Source: a virus. From it: a DNA stretch of 64,000 bases. Below, in pieces: positions 39,154 through 48,568 of this stretch. The notes under the pieces are model-generated. The model was not told where the DNA came from, ran no database searches, and saw only the letters and a program-made list of their open reading frames with translations. The stretch spans positions 32,001 through 96,000 of the IMG/VR virus record IMGVR_UViG_3300044634_004833. One strand, 5' to 3'. Both the position numbers and the translations under genes were made by a program. The first letter of the stretch is position 1. Each line of letters opens with the position of its first letter.

Positions 39154-39703
39154 GTTCTTAGATAAGATATGCAAAATTCTTCAAAGGCAAAAGCAAACTA
39201 AAATAAGTGGCAAATTAGAAAAGTTAACTGTTTTTAGAGTTTTGACAAATAAAAACAATTTCCCATATGAAATAGAATTAGATGATATAAAAATAGAGTC
39301 AGTTAATGAAACAAATGAAGATTTTGTCACTCTTGTAAAAAAAATAAACCCATTTTTTAATTTTAATGTAAGCAAAGAAAAGTTAAAGTATTATAAAAAA
39401 TATTATTTTATTACAAATAAAATTTATGAATCGGTTAAAAATTTATTTAACGAAAGACAATTGGTTTCATACTTTTCAATTTATGACATTACAAATCAAA
39501 CTGATATACTTTTGGATGAACATAGACAAAATGGCGCTAGTGATCAATCTTTGTTTAAAACTTTTGAAGAAGCAAAAAATTCGCTTTATGACTATTGCCA
39601 ACTGTATAATAATTTTGGGCTAGAAATGAAAGTTGCAATTCGCAAACATAATTTCATAGGCGATATTCTAGAAGAAACAACTATAGATGTCAGCGAACTG
39701 TGA
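39137..39703 (+). CDS. hypothetical protein
   Basis: 188-aa ORF, SD AGGA. Confidence 0.55.
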   Translation: MHNSHEFLDKICKILQRQKQTKISGKLEKLTVFRVLTNKNNFPYEIELDDIKIESVNETNEDFVTLVKKINPFFNFNVSKEKLKYYKKYYFITNKIYESVKNLFNERQLVSYFSIYDITNQTDILLDEHRQNGASDQSLFKTFEEAKNSLYDYCQLYNNFGLEMKVAIRKHNFIGDILEETTIDVSEL

Positions 39704-40712
39704 GGCACAAATGCAAATTGAAAAAGAAGTCAAACTAGATTTCAATGATGTTTTAATCAAACCAAGGCCCAGCGAATTAAAAAGTAGAGCAGAAGTAAAC
39801 CTAGAAGTTTCTTATTTGTGCAAGCATGCCAATAGAATAATAGCCGGGTTTCCTTTAATTGTAGCAAACATGAGTTGTGTTGGCACAATTCCTATGGCAA
39901 AAGCATTGCATAATTATGGATTTTTTGTTGCACTACATAAATTTATAGAAGAAAAAAGATTGGTAGAGTTTTATAACTCCATAGAAAGTCAAAATTCTTT
40001 TTATACTCTTGGTTTGAACGATGATTTGGAAAAATTGGACAGAGTAATAGATTCTTCTAAATATTTAAATAAAATAAACCTTGATGTTGCAAATGGATAC
40101 ATGTATAGTTTTTTAGATTATATAAAGAAAATAAGACAAAGATATCCTAATTTTATTATAATGGCTGGCAATGTAGCAACACCAGAAGGTGTAGAAAACA
40201 TTGTAAAAGCTGGAGCTGATATAGCTAAGTGCGGAATTGCAAATGGTGGCCATTGCGAAACAAAAAACAAAGCTGGAATTGGTTATAAACAATTTTCTGT
40301 ATCAGTTGAATGTGGTCAAGCAGCTAATGAATTGAATGCCCTTTGTTGTTCCGATGGGGGTTCTAAATCTCCTGCAGACATATGCAAGGCTTTGGGAGGC
40401 GGTAGCCATTTCGTTATGGCCGGGGGGCTTTTTGCAGCCACAGATGAATGTGAATCAGAATGGAAAGAAGAGAATGGCATTAAGAAAATGCTTATGTATG
40501 GCATGTCTAGCAAGGTGGCTAATGACAAATACTGTGGCGGATTAAAATCTTACAGAGCATCAGAAGGAAGAGAATCATGGATTGATTACAAAGGACCAGT
40601 TTCTCATATAGCTGTTGATATTAGAGGTGGCGTAGCAAGTTGTTGCACCTATACAAATACAAAAAATTTAGAGAATCTTAGAAAAAACTGCATATTTACG
40701 ATTGGAAAGTGA
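39687..40712 (+). CDS. guaC: GMP reductase (probable start 39711)
   Basis: LDFNDVLIKP, ANM, DVANGY, AGNVAT, catalytic Cys loop GHCET, SDGG, YGMSS, YRASEG. Confidence 0.88.
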   Translation: MSANCEAQMQIEKEVKLDFNDVLIKPRPSELKSRAEVNLEVSYLCKHANRIIAGFPLIVANMSCVGTIPMAKALHNYGFFVALHKFIEEKRLVEFYNSIESQNSFYTLGLNDDLEKLDRVIDSSKYLNKINLDVANGYMYSFLDYIKKIRQRYPNFIIMAGNVATPEGVENIVKAGADIAKCGIANGGHCETKNKAGIGYKQFSVSVECGQAANELNALCCSDGGSKSPADICKALGGGSHFVMAGGLFAATDECESEWKEENGIKKMLMYGMSSKVANDKYCGGLKSYRASEGRESWIDYKGPVSHIAVDIRGGVASCCTYTNTKNLENLRKNCIFTIGK

Positions 40713-40716
40713 AATA

Positions 40717-40845
40717 ATGAATGAGCAAGATCAAAGTCATCTCGAATACTTGACAGCAATTATATTTTTTATTATTCCTGTTGGTCTTTTAATGAACTCA
40801 ATAGTTCTTAAATTTTGTTTGTGGATTCTAAATTTGCATTCGTAA
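40717..40845 (+). CDS. 42-aa small membrane protein (not in track)
   Basis: MNEQDQSHLEYLTAIIFFIIPVGLLMNSIVLKFCLWILNLHS. Confidence 0.4.
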   Translation: MNEQDQSHLEYLTAIIFFIIPVGLLMNSIVLKFCLWILNLHS

Positions 40846-40855
40846 ATACATCAAG

Positions 40856-41254
40856 GTGATAAAAATGATTAGTTTAAATGAATACAAAGAAGTGGGAAGT
40901 TTTTCAGGTCTTGTTTCTAAGTTTTTTGAAGCGAGAGATTTCGCTCATAGAGTTCATTTGTTGGCGAAAAATAAATCATACGCTGAACATAAAGCATTAG
41001 GATCTTTTTACGAAGATTTAATTGGTTTGGTAGACAACCTATATGAGACTCATGCAGGACAGTATGGCCCAGCCAAATTTGATTTTAATAAGATTCCCGA
41101 TGGAGATGCCACAGAATATCTTGAGTCTTTGGGAAAAATATGTGTAGCTGGCCATTCTTCTATTGATAAAAAAGATACCCATCTACACAATATTTTAGAT
41201 GAAATTACAGCTTTGGTTTATCACACATTGTATAAGTTAAAAAATTTGAAATAA
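40856..41254 (+). CDS. ferritin-like phage protein (DUF5856-like)
   Basis: H..H..SYAEHKALG.FYE.L..L.D...E...GQYG..NILDEI..TLYKL. Confidence 0.7.
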   Translation: MIKMISLNEYKEVGSFSGLVSKFFEARDFAHRVHLLAKNKSYAEHKALGSFYEDLIGLVDNLYETHAGQYGPAKFDFNKIPDGDATEYLESLGKICVAGHSSIDKKDTHLHNILDEITALVYHTLYKLKNLK

Positions 41255-41255
41255 T

Positions 41256-41519
41256 TCACAACTTTGCTTTTTTTAACTTTTTATAGTAGTTAGAATCTTC
41301 TTTAAGATGTGCTAATGCAATCTTCAATATTCTTTCCTCATGTCCTTCGATAACATCAAGCTTTTTAATAGACATATGTTCTTTTTCAGTGTTAACGCCA
41401 GAAACTAATTCCTCTTTACTAAAATTAGAAATATTTAGCTTTGCTTTTTTAGCTATATTTTCAATGTCTTTATAATCAAATTTTTTAGATTCTATTAAAA
41501 TCCACTCTTTGAATTTCAT
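41256..41519 (-). CDS. DUF5661-like protein with N-terminal MKFKEWILIE
   Basis: G..TEKEH..KIALAHLKED..YY..L. Confidence 0.7.
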   Translation of the reverse strand: MKFKEWILIESKKFDYKDIENIAKKAKLNISNFSKEELVSGVNTEKEHMSIKKLDVIEGHEERILKIALAHLKEDSNYYKKLKKAKL

Positions 41520-41527
41520 TTTTTTCC

Positions 41528-41794
41528 TTAACGCATTTCTGCTGTCAACCAGTTGTAAACTTCTTCAACATCATCTTTTGATGTCGCAATATGATCATTT
41601 GCCCAATCATGGCCATTTTGAAGCATTTTATCTACTTTTTCAGGATCAAGTGATAACATGTGGTCAACTCTGTCTTTAATAGTTTTTAAATTGTTGAAAA
41701 ACATGTAGTGTTGAACATCATGATCTTTTTCATAATCATGACTTTCTTTGAGTAGTCCTGCCAATATTAGTAGTTCTTTATTTTCTTTTTGCAT
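41528..41794 (-). CDS. conserved phage hypothetical protein
   Basis: YMFF.NL..GHDWANDHIATSKDD; TATAAATA upstream. Confidence 0.65.
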   Translation of the reverse strand: MQKENKELLILAGLLKESHDYEKDHDVQHYMFFNNLKTIKDRVDHMLSLDPEKVDKMLQNGHDWANDHIATSKDDVEEVYNWLTAEMR

Positions 41795-41826
41795 AAATCC
41801 CCCTGAAAATATTTATAATCTGGCGG

Positions 41827-41854
41827 TTGTTTTTGAAATAGTAGCCCCTATAAT
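41827..41854 (+). promoter_or_regulatory. putative early promoter
   Basis: TTGTTT-16 nt-TATAAT with CCCC before the -10 box. Confidence 0.6.
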
Positions 41855-41931
41855 ATAATCTGTGGCAAGCATACTGTATGTTTGCAAATTAAAATTTGAT
41901 TTTTATATAGAGAAGAAAGGTGGGTAACCAC

Positions 41932-42342
41932 ATGCGTAATTTTATTTTTGCTTTGACTGTTTCTGTTGTTTCTTTGGCTGGCGTTCAGGCTGGCGATGCT
42001 CCCAAGGCCCAAGCTGCTCCTGCTGCCAAGGCTGCTGTCGCTTCCTGTGATTGCCAACCAGCAACTGCTGCTCGTCGTCCTCTTCTGGGTCGCCGTAACG
42101 CTTGCGCTGAGACCGTTCTAGTCGAAGGCACCAAGAAGGTCACCGTCCTTGAGCCTAAGAAGGTTCTGGTCGAAAAGACCGTTATGGTTCCTGTCCAGAA
42201 GGAAGTCAAGACCGTGACTCCAGTTAAGGTTGTTGCTGCTCCTGTTTGTTGCAGCACGGCTGCTGTAGCACCAGCTCGTCGTCTTGGCCTCCGCACCCGT
42301 GGCGTTGTGGCTGGCGTTTCTGACTGCGCTAACTGCAAGTAA
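41932..42342 (+). CDS. secreted Ala/Val/Cys-rich protein, GC-rich gene
   Basis: signal peptide MRNFIFALTVSVVSLAGVQA; strongly biased codon usage. Confidence 0.75.
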   Translation: MRNFIFALTVSVVSLAGVQAGDAPKAQAAPAAKAAVASCDCQPATAARRPLLGRRNACAETVLVEGTKKVTVLEPKKVLVEKTVMVPVQKEVKTVTPVKVVAAPVCCSTAAVAPARRLGLRTRGVVAGVSDCANCK

Positions 42343-42369
42343 ATCTTGCGTTGTTATTGCTCTTGAATT

Positions 42370-42411
42370 AAAGGTGTAGAGCTTTACAATAAAGCTCTAC
42401 ACCTTTTCTTT
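42370..42411 (+). terminator. intrinsic terminator
   Basis: 17-bp stem AAAGGTGTAGAGCTTTA-CAA-TAAAGCTCTACACCTTT followed by a T-rich tail. Confidence 0.85.
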
Positions 42412-42424
42412 TAGGAGCGTTATT

Positions 42425-42871
42425 ATGTTGGTAGCCATTCTTCTAATTTTAGGCCAGCAGCCACTACCTGCTATGGTAGTATCCATGCCTTTTATAAAGG
42501 CAGATACAATCTGTAAAAATAATCAAAATGAAACAGATAAGACTTTGTTTAGTGACAAGTGTTTAGACAATATGGCTAAAAACTACAAGCCTGTGAAAAT
42601 TTATTATGCTATGTATGGGGTTGATGGCAAAGAAGATATAATTCCTCTAGGAACTGTTTCGTGTATCTATATAACAAAAAACACCATTTATGCAAGGTGC
42701 GAGTTTGATGTTGCTCCTCCAAAAAATATAAAAGATTATATTTGCAACGCCAAACCATATGCTGGAAAAGGTGATTTTGATTTTTCAGACAATTGTATCT
42801 ATACAATCAATAAGGCCGAAATTAAATATTTTGTATTAAGGCCTAAAAATAAAGCTATTATTTTCGAATGA
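42425..42871 (+). CDS. hypothetical protein with hydrophobic N-terminus
   Basis: SD AGGAG. Confidence 0.55.
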   Translation: MLVAILLILGQQPLPAMVVSMPFIKADTICKNNQNETDKTLFSDKCLDNMAKNYKPVKIYYAMYGVDGKEDIIPLGTVSCIYITKNTIYARCEFDVAPPKNIKDYICNAKPYAGKGDFDFSDNCIYTINKAEIKYFVLRPKNKAIIFE

Positions 42872-43552
42872 TCAACTGGTATGAAACCAAATTGAGAAGG
42901 TCACATGTTCTTTAGCAAGATATGTGACCTTTAATAATTTGTATAGTTCGTCAGCCAAAAGCACTCCTGCTTTATAATCGGAAGGATAGTGTAGTCCAGC
43001 AAGAATTCTATTCTTTCCCATGCTCTTGCCAAGTTCACTCAATTCGGGTTTTTTCTCTGGAAACATATGGCCCAAAACTTTGGCTGCTAATGCGCCAAAT
43101 GTAGCATGACCGCTTGGGTAAGATGCTGTACTAGCTGTTTTTGATGGGAATATTTTAAATTGCTCCCCCATTTTAGATGCCAAAAAGGCTGGTCTGGGTC
43201 TGTCATATTTCTTTTTGTAGTGCTTTACCGCAATTTCTGTATCCATTTCTAGCAGATAGATGAACTTTTCTAAAGTGGGATCGTCAATTTTTAAGGCATC
43301 ATAAAAAATCGTATTTAGTCTAGGCCAGTATCCATCTTGTTCTTTTATTTCTTTTTTCTGTTTGGTTGTTAATGATTTGAAAGACTTCTCAATCAGCTTT
43401 AGTTCTTCAAAAGTTTCTTTTGAATCGTTAGCAGGAGGATCTGGCAATTTAATTTTATCCCAAGAATCTTCAAATATTTGAATTTTCTTTTTTGGAACAT
43501 CGTAATAATCACGATGTTTCATATCTGAATCTTTTAGATTTTTAATATCCAT
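42872..43552 (-). CDS. PAP2 / class A acid phosphatase (vanadium haloperoxidase-like fold)
   Basis: K....RPRP, SYPSGH, RILAGLHYPSD. Confidence 0.88.
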   Translation of the reverse strand: MDIKNLKDSDMKHRDYYDVPKKKIQIFEDSWDKIKLPDPPANDSKETFEELKLIEKSFKSLTTKQKKEIKEQDGYWPRLNTIFYDALKIDDPTLEKFIYLLEMDTEIAVKHYKKKYDRPRPAFLASKMGEQFKIFPSKTASTASYPSGHATFGALAAKVLGHMFPEKKPELSELGKSMGKNRILAGLHYPSDYKAGVLLADELYKLLKVTYLAKEHVTFSIWFHTS

Positions 43553-43555
43553 GCA

Positions 43556-44569
43556 TTATTTATTAGTGTGATTAATAATTGCATCAACATCTTCTATTTT
43601 TGATTCAATAATGTGTGCATGTGATAGATTTAAATTTTTGTAAAAGTCACGATACCTCATCAAGTCATACTTGGCTTCAAGGGCCAATTTGATTACGGTG
43701 GGACTTGGTTTTCTTGGCCGTTTGCTAAGTACAAGTTTTATTAATTTGGGGGTGTAATTATCATGATTGCTGATATTACCCAAATAAGTCCTTATTACAT
43801 AGGCAAGCCCTGAATATCCTTTGTCTATGATGTATTCCAAGCAAAATACAGAATAATTACGGGTAAACACCTCGGCCATTGTTTGAAGGTTATGTGGATT
43901 GATTTTATTGAAAATCATAGTCTGCAAGAAGTCAATGACTTTTTGCTGGCAAATATTTGAGCCAAAAATTGTAGTATTAAATACTATTGGATCAATCTTT
44001 TTATCTGTATAAAGGAAATATTTTAATGCCTTAAGCTTTTCTTCATCAGTATAAGCAGAATTGTGGACAATCAAATGTAAAACACTAATATCAATTGGCA
44101 AGTGTGGTCTATTCTGAGGCCAGCAATAAAATGATAGAAGTATGTCTATTACATACATAGTATCATTTTTTTCTATTTTGCCTTCATCTAGAAAGCTCAT
44201 GAAGTGGTAAATTATTTCTGTGTCCAATTTATTAAGATTTTTATATTTAATTGCATAGTATGCACCATCTTCGGTATCGAGTAATTCGTTAAATCTTTCT
44301 GTGCTTTCCTTGCAAGTTTCTAGTAGCAATTTTATAGCTTGTTCCAAGTAATCATCAGGATAAGATTCATCATGCAAATCTTGATAATTGCAAAATTTAA
44401 TAAAGTCTTTTCTGCTTTTTATGTCAAAATATTTGAAAGAAGAATCGTTAAGCATAAGATGCAAGGCATTTACTACTTTTCCTTCATTTACATTTTCTGT
44501 AAAAGATAGATACATAAAAGATTTAGTAGCGTATATTTCTGGACTGATTGTAGTATTTGCTGGGCACAT
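43556..44569 (-). CDS. hypothetical helical protein
   Basis: 337-aa ORF. Confidence 0.6.
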   Translation of the reverse strand: MCPANTTISPEIYATKSFMYLSFTENVNEGKVVNALHLMLNDSSFKYFDIKSRKDFIKFCNYQDLHDESYPDDYLEQAIKLLLETCKESTERFNELLDTEDGAYYAIKYKNLNKLDTEIIYHFMSFLDEGKIEKNDTMYVIDILLSFYCWPQNRPHLPIDISVLHLIVHNSAYTDEEKLKALKYFLYTDKKIDPIVFNTTIFGSNICQQKVIDFLQTMIFNKINPHNLQTMAEVFTRNYSVFCLEYIIDKGYSGLAYVIRTYLGNISNHDNYTPKLIKLVLSKRPRKPSPTVIKLALEAKYDLMRYRDFYKNLNLSHAHIIESKIEDVDAIINHTNK

Positions 44570-44579
44570 ATAATATTTC

Positions 44580-44987
44580 TCACAATGTGGGTGAAATCAA
44601 CTTCAGTATATCTGCCGAAATTTTTGGTATAGTTGCAGATCTGTTTTTGTTGTGTTTTAACATTTTTTGATGAGGCACGGCTTGTATTCCTTGCCTAATA
44701 TCTCCAACATGCCATACGACATCTCCCAAGCAAATCTTTTCTTCAGAAACATAAATTTTTTGAGTTTCAAATATATTTTTTTTATTTCTTTCTACGATTG
44801 CTTTTTTTAGGTCATCAGAATAGTAATGCAATATTTTTATAGTTTCTTTTATGCCGATGGAGGATATTGCTCCGAATGGCTGATAAATGTTTAAAATTTC
44901 AAATGCTTTTTTTAACTTTTCAAGAAGGATTGGGTTACGAGTAAGGGGAATGTCCCCTTCGACTTTAAATGGCCTATGTTTAAGCAT
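44580..44987 (-). CDS. hypothetical protein
   Basis: SD AAGGA. Confidence 0.55.
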   Translation of the reverse strand: MLKHRPFKVEGDIPLTRNPILLEKLKKAFEILNIYQPFGAISSIGIKETIKILHYYSDDLKKAIVERNKKNIFETQKIYVSEEKICLGDVVWHVGDIRQGIQAVPHQKMLKHNKNRSATIPKISADILKLISPTL

Positions 44988-45011
44988 ATTTTCCTTCTTT
45001 CCGCTATTGGT

Positions 45012-45239
45012 TTAATTATTCGTTTCTTCTTTAAAATTATATGGGCTGTCGGAATTAATAGCCCAACTATTTAGACTGTCGATAGTCCAGAGAGAGTCTG
45101 TTGAGAAAAAATCCCAAGCCCGGGTGTGGCTTGCGAGGCCAGACCACATGCTCGACCACGAATCTAAAGATCTGCTATTGAATATAGATTCTTTTTTTTC
45201 CCAAATCATTCCTGTGGAAAATACTATGTTTCTTTTCAC
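45012..45239 (-). CDS. small Trp/Ser-rich protein
   Basis: GTG start with SD AAGGA. Confidence 0.45.
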   Translation of the reverse strand: MKRNIVFSTGMIWEKKESIFNSRSLDSWSSMWSGLASHTRAWDFFSTDSLWTIDSLNSWAINSDSPYNFKEETNN

Positions 45240-45264
45240 TTTTGCATCCTTGCAAAAAAATGTG

Positions 45265-45513
45265 TTAGTTTTTAACCTTGTATCCTGCTTTTTTTAAAGT
45301 TCTAAAAACCTTTTCCCAGTCTCCTGCAACTGACAATTCTCGTCCATATTTGTCTTCATATTTAATTTTATATATTTCTGCTTCTGGAAGAACGATTGGC
45401 TCTTCTTGGTCTTTTGGATTAAAGCCAAGAGTATTGGTTAGCAAAGAATCTTCATGAATTTTCACAGCAAACTCCAATTGTTGAATACAGTTTAACTGCT
45501 TGTTTGCTTCCAA
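45265..45513 (-). CDS. hypothetical protein
   Basis: ORF in the operon. Confidence 0.5.
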   Translation of the reverse strand: MEANKQLNCIQQLEFAVKIHEDSLLTNTLGFNPKDQEEPIVLPEAEIYKIKYEDKYGRELSVAGDWEKVFRTLKKAGYKVKN

Positions 45514-45519
45514 TCAATA

Positions 45520-45795
45520 TTAAATTGGTCTTATAGAAAAATCTGATCTCTTGTAGACAAATTTTTCAGCTTCTTCTTTGTTTTTGAACCTTGGGCTTAA
45601 AGTTTCAAACTTGACATGGCCAAGTCCATCTCTGCAAAGGAGGAAATAAACATATCCCCCCTTTTTGGATGTGCTGAAATTACATGGGAAAAATTTGAAA
45701 GCTCCAACCTCAAAAGGTTTGAATTCAGCTATCTTTTTTTTTCCACTGCTTTTAAACTGATTGTTTATAACCGTTCCAACTTTCTTCTTTGGCAT
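45520..45795 (-). CDS. hypothetical basic protein
   Basis: SD AGGAG. Confidence 0.55.
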   Translation of the reverse strand: MPKKKVGTVINNQFKSSGKKKIAEFKPFEVGAFKFFPCNFSTSKKGGYVYFLLCRDGLGHVKFETLSPRFKNKEEAEKFVYKRSDFSIRPI

Positions 45796-45803
45796 AGCAG
45801 CTC

Positions 45804-46565
45804 CTAGTTTAGCAATCCTTCGATTACTTCTCGCACTTCGTGTTTTTCTTTATAGAATTTTTTCAATCGATTTCTGGTATTATAAAACATGAATTTATCT
45901 GTCTCTCCTGTTTCAAGATACCTTTCAATAGATTTTCTTTGTTTTTCAGTAAGATTTGCATCCTGACAAATCTTATCAATAAATTCTTTGATTTCAAACA
46001 ATTCTGATTCAATATTTTTTTCGTCTTCTATTGAAGCAGCAAAAGAACCTTCTTTAGAACCAGATAGTTCTTCATAAGATATAAATTTGTTAAGAGCGAA
46101 CTTTTCTCGAATTCTAGCAATCGCTCTCGGAATTCCAATTTTCAAACCATTGATAGCGTAAGTTGAGAACATTATATCAGGACGCAGATACATCCAAACA
46201 GAATTTCTCAAGCTAAGCAACATTTCAGCATATACTTCTTCTCTTTGATCTTCTGTAAGTTGGTACTTGTTCATCCATGAAAAAATTGCTGGAACAAACT
46301 TAATGATGAGATCATTTTCTACGATTTCACCATAAAACATTTTTGGATAATCTCTTTCAAATGCTTTACCTAGCAAGTTGGCAGCTTCTTTGCGATGTTT
46401 CTTGAAAAATTGCACATAATAAACAACCGTGCCATTTTTACGAATGCCGAAGGCAGATGTAAACATTTTGCGATTTGTTTCATTTATCAAAGCCATAGTG
46501 CGTTGTCGCCATTTCAATAGAATGGCGTTGGATTTGGCTAGTTTCTTGTAATCAATATTATCCAT
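45804..46565 (-). CDS. divergent sigma-70-like factor (paralog of the 38040 gene)
   Basis: EEVYAEMLLSLRNSVWMY..IMFSTYAING; LTEKQRK; SD AAGGAG favours a start at 46565 over 46706. Confidence 0.6.
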   Translation of the reverse strand: MDNIDYKKLAKSNAILLKWRQRTMALINETNRKMFTSAFGIRKNGTVVYYVQFFKKHRKEAANLLGKAFERDYPKMFYGEIVENDLIIKFVPAIFSWMNKYQLTEDQREEVYAEMLLSLRNSVWMYLRPDIMFSTYAINGLKIGIPRAIARIREKFALNKFISYEELSGSKEGSFAASIEDEKNIESELFEIKEFIDKICQDANLTEKQRKSIERYLETGETDKFMFYNTRNRLKKFYKEKHEVREVIEGLLN

Positions 46566-46839
46566 TGTTTGCACTCCTTGTATTGTTCCTGTTATGTCGA
46601 GACCCTTTAGTACCTTCAAATCCATGAGAAAAGCAATGCCAGCTTTCATTCGAACATTCGAAAGACCACATGCTCGATACATTGCCGTTGTTCTTAAAGT
46701 TTCCATGTCCCGTCGTGGGAATATTAAAGAGAATAGATTGAACAGTTGTTGTGTCTACCCCTCCCAGAAAAGGAATATTTAACCACTTGACATCAAAATG
46801 CCATGATTCAATCCCGGTGCTGTTTATAAACATTATCAT
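46558..46839 (-). CDS. small Trp/Ser/Asn-rich protein
   Basis: SD GGAGGG; stop overlaps the sigma start; shares SSMWS with the 45012 ORF. Confidence 0.4.
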   Translation of the reverse strand: MIMFINSTGIESWHFDVKWLNIPFLGGVDTTTVQSILFNIPTTGHGNFKNNGNVSSMWSFECSNESWHCFSHGFEGTKGSRHNRNNTRSANNG

Positions 46840-46953
46840 TTATTTGGCCCTCCATGATTCCTTGAATTCCCCACGCAAAAATAATACGGGGACCGGCTAA
46901 AAATTTTTCCTTTATTTTCGAGTTTTTTATTTTTGACACTAAAATATAATCAT

Positions 46954-47331
46954 ATGGAAGCCAATATAAATTTTGAATCTTTGCCAAAAACAATTGTATG
47001 CGATATTGATGGTTGTATATTTAAACATCAGGGTAGTTTATGTGCTATGATAAATAGTGAGCCAGAATTATTAGATGGTGTTAAAGAAAAGTTTGATGAA
47101 TGGGATAAGAAAGCATATAGAATAGTATTGTTGACAGGCAGAAAAGAAAGTATGAGAGAGATTACCGAAAGCCAATTGCGAAAATTTGGTTTATTCTGGG
47201 ATTTTTTGATCATGGGAGCGACCAGAGGAGAGCGAGTTCTAATTAACGATAAAAAACCTGGAATTGACAACAACACAGCAACTGCCTTTAATTTGACTCG
47301 CAACGAAGGCATGTCATCTTTGAAAATCTAA
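46954..47331 (+). CDS. HAD-superfamily phosphatase
   Basis: CDIDGC, LLTGR, LINDKKP. Confidence 0.8.
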   Translation: MEANINFESLPKTIVCDIDGCIFKHQGSLCAMINSEPELLDGVKEKFDEWDKKAYRIVLLTGRKESMREITESQLRKFGLFWDFLIMGATRGERVLINDKKPGIDNNTATAFNLTRNEGMSSLKI

Positions 47332-47353
47332 TATAATTTATAAGAAGGCAACT

Positions 47354-48568
47354 ATGAATTACGAAATAAAAAATTGCTTGTGTTGCAATAAAAGCAATTT
47401 GTCTTGTGCTTTGGATTTGAATAAGCAGCCTCTTGCTAATAGCTACAGTCCTGTAGGAACTGAACTAGAAGAATATCCATTGGCTATAAACCTTTGTGAA
47501 GATTGTTTTCATTTACAGCTATCTTTTAGAGTTGATCCAGATCTTATGTTTAGAAATTATTTATATGTAAGTGGAACTACCCAAACTTTAAGAGATTATT
47601 TTGATTGGTTTGCAAATAAAGTCAAGTCAGAATATCCAGAATCTACAAGTGTTTTAGATATTGCTTGCAATGATGGATCGCAACTTAATTCTTTCAAAAA
47701 AATTGGATATAACACTTTTGGAATAGACCCAGCAAGCAATCTTTTAAAGTTAAGTACAGATAGTGGCCATAAAGTTTTATGTGATTATTTTAATTCTAAC
47801 TCAGTTGAAAAAATAAAAACTTTTTATAAAACACCATATATCGATGTAATAACTGCTCAAAATGTATTTGCTCATAATGACAATCCTTATGATTTTCTTC
47901 TTTCGTGCAAAAAGCTAATGCATGAAAAAACAAAGTTGTATATCCAAACTTCACAAGCTACAATGATAGAAAATAATCAATTTGACACAATTTATCATGA
48001 GCATATTAGCTTTTTTAATACAAATTCTATGAAGGCTGTAGTAGAAAGAGCTGGCTTATCTTTAAATAATGTAGAAATAACAAATATACATGGAAATTCT
48101 TATGTCTTTGAAATTGGAAGAAAAAAAGCTGATGGTCAAAATGTACAGAATAGATTAAATCATGAAAATATTCTTGGGCTTTTTGATAAAAATACTTATT
48201 TAAATTACGCTAACTTTTGTAAAAATATTTGCTCAGACTTAAAAAATAAAATAAACGAATTCAGAAATGAAGGCTACAAAGTAGCCGGATACGGCGCAGC
48301 AGCAAAAGGTGTTGTGCTTATAAATTTTGCAAAAATAAATTTGGATTTTGTTGTAGATGATAATCCTTTAAAACACAACTTGTGTATGCCTGGAACTAAT
48401 ACTCTAATACATAGTCCATCATTTTTATCAAACTATTCTAATGATAAATTAGTTTTATTGCCATTAGCTTGGAACTTTTTTGACGAAATAAAACTTAAAG
48501 TTAATAACATATTGGGAGAAAACAAAGCTTCGTTTTTAAAATATTTCCCAAAGGTTGAAGTATGTTAA
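47354..48568 (+). CDS. NDP-hexose C-methyltransferase-like SAM methyltransferase
   Basis: Zn motif CLCC..CEDC, LDIACNDG, FDTIYHEH, GYGAAAKG, LAWNF. Confidence 0.88.
   Translation: MNYEIKNCLCCNKSNLSCALDLNKQPLANSYSPVGTELEEYPLAINLCEDCFHLQLSFRVDPDLMFRNYLYVSGTTQTLRDYFDWFANKVKSEYPESTSVLDIACNDGSQLNSFKKIGYNTFGIDPASNLLKLSTDSGHKVLCDYFNSNSVEKIKTFYKTPYIDVITAQNVFAHNDNPYDFLLSCKKLMHEKTKLYIQTSQATMIENNQFDTIYHEHISFFNTNSMKAVVERAGLSLNNVEITNIHGNSYVFEIGRKKADGQNVQNRLNHENILGLFDKNTYLNYANFCKNICSDLKNKINEFRNEGYKVAGYGAAAKGVVLINFAKINLDFVVDDNPLKHNLCMPGTNTLIHSPSFLSNYSNDKLVLLPLAWNFFDEIKLKVNNILGENKASFLKYFPKVEVC

Noticed and set aside
41985-42338. 117-aa antisense ORF
   Set aside because: Shadow of the GC-rich plus-strand gene, which has the promoter, SD, signal peptide and terminator
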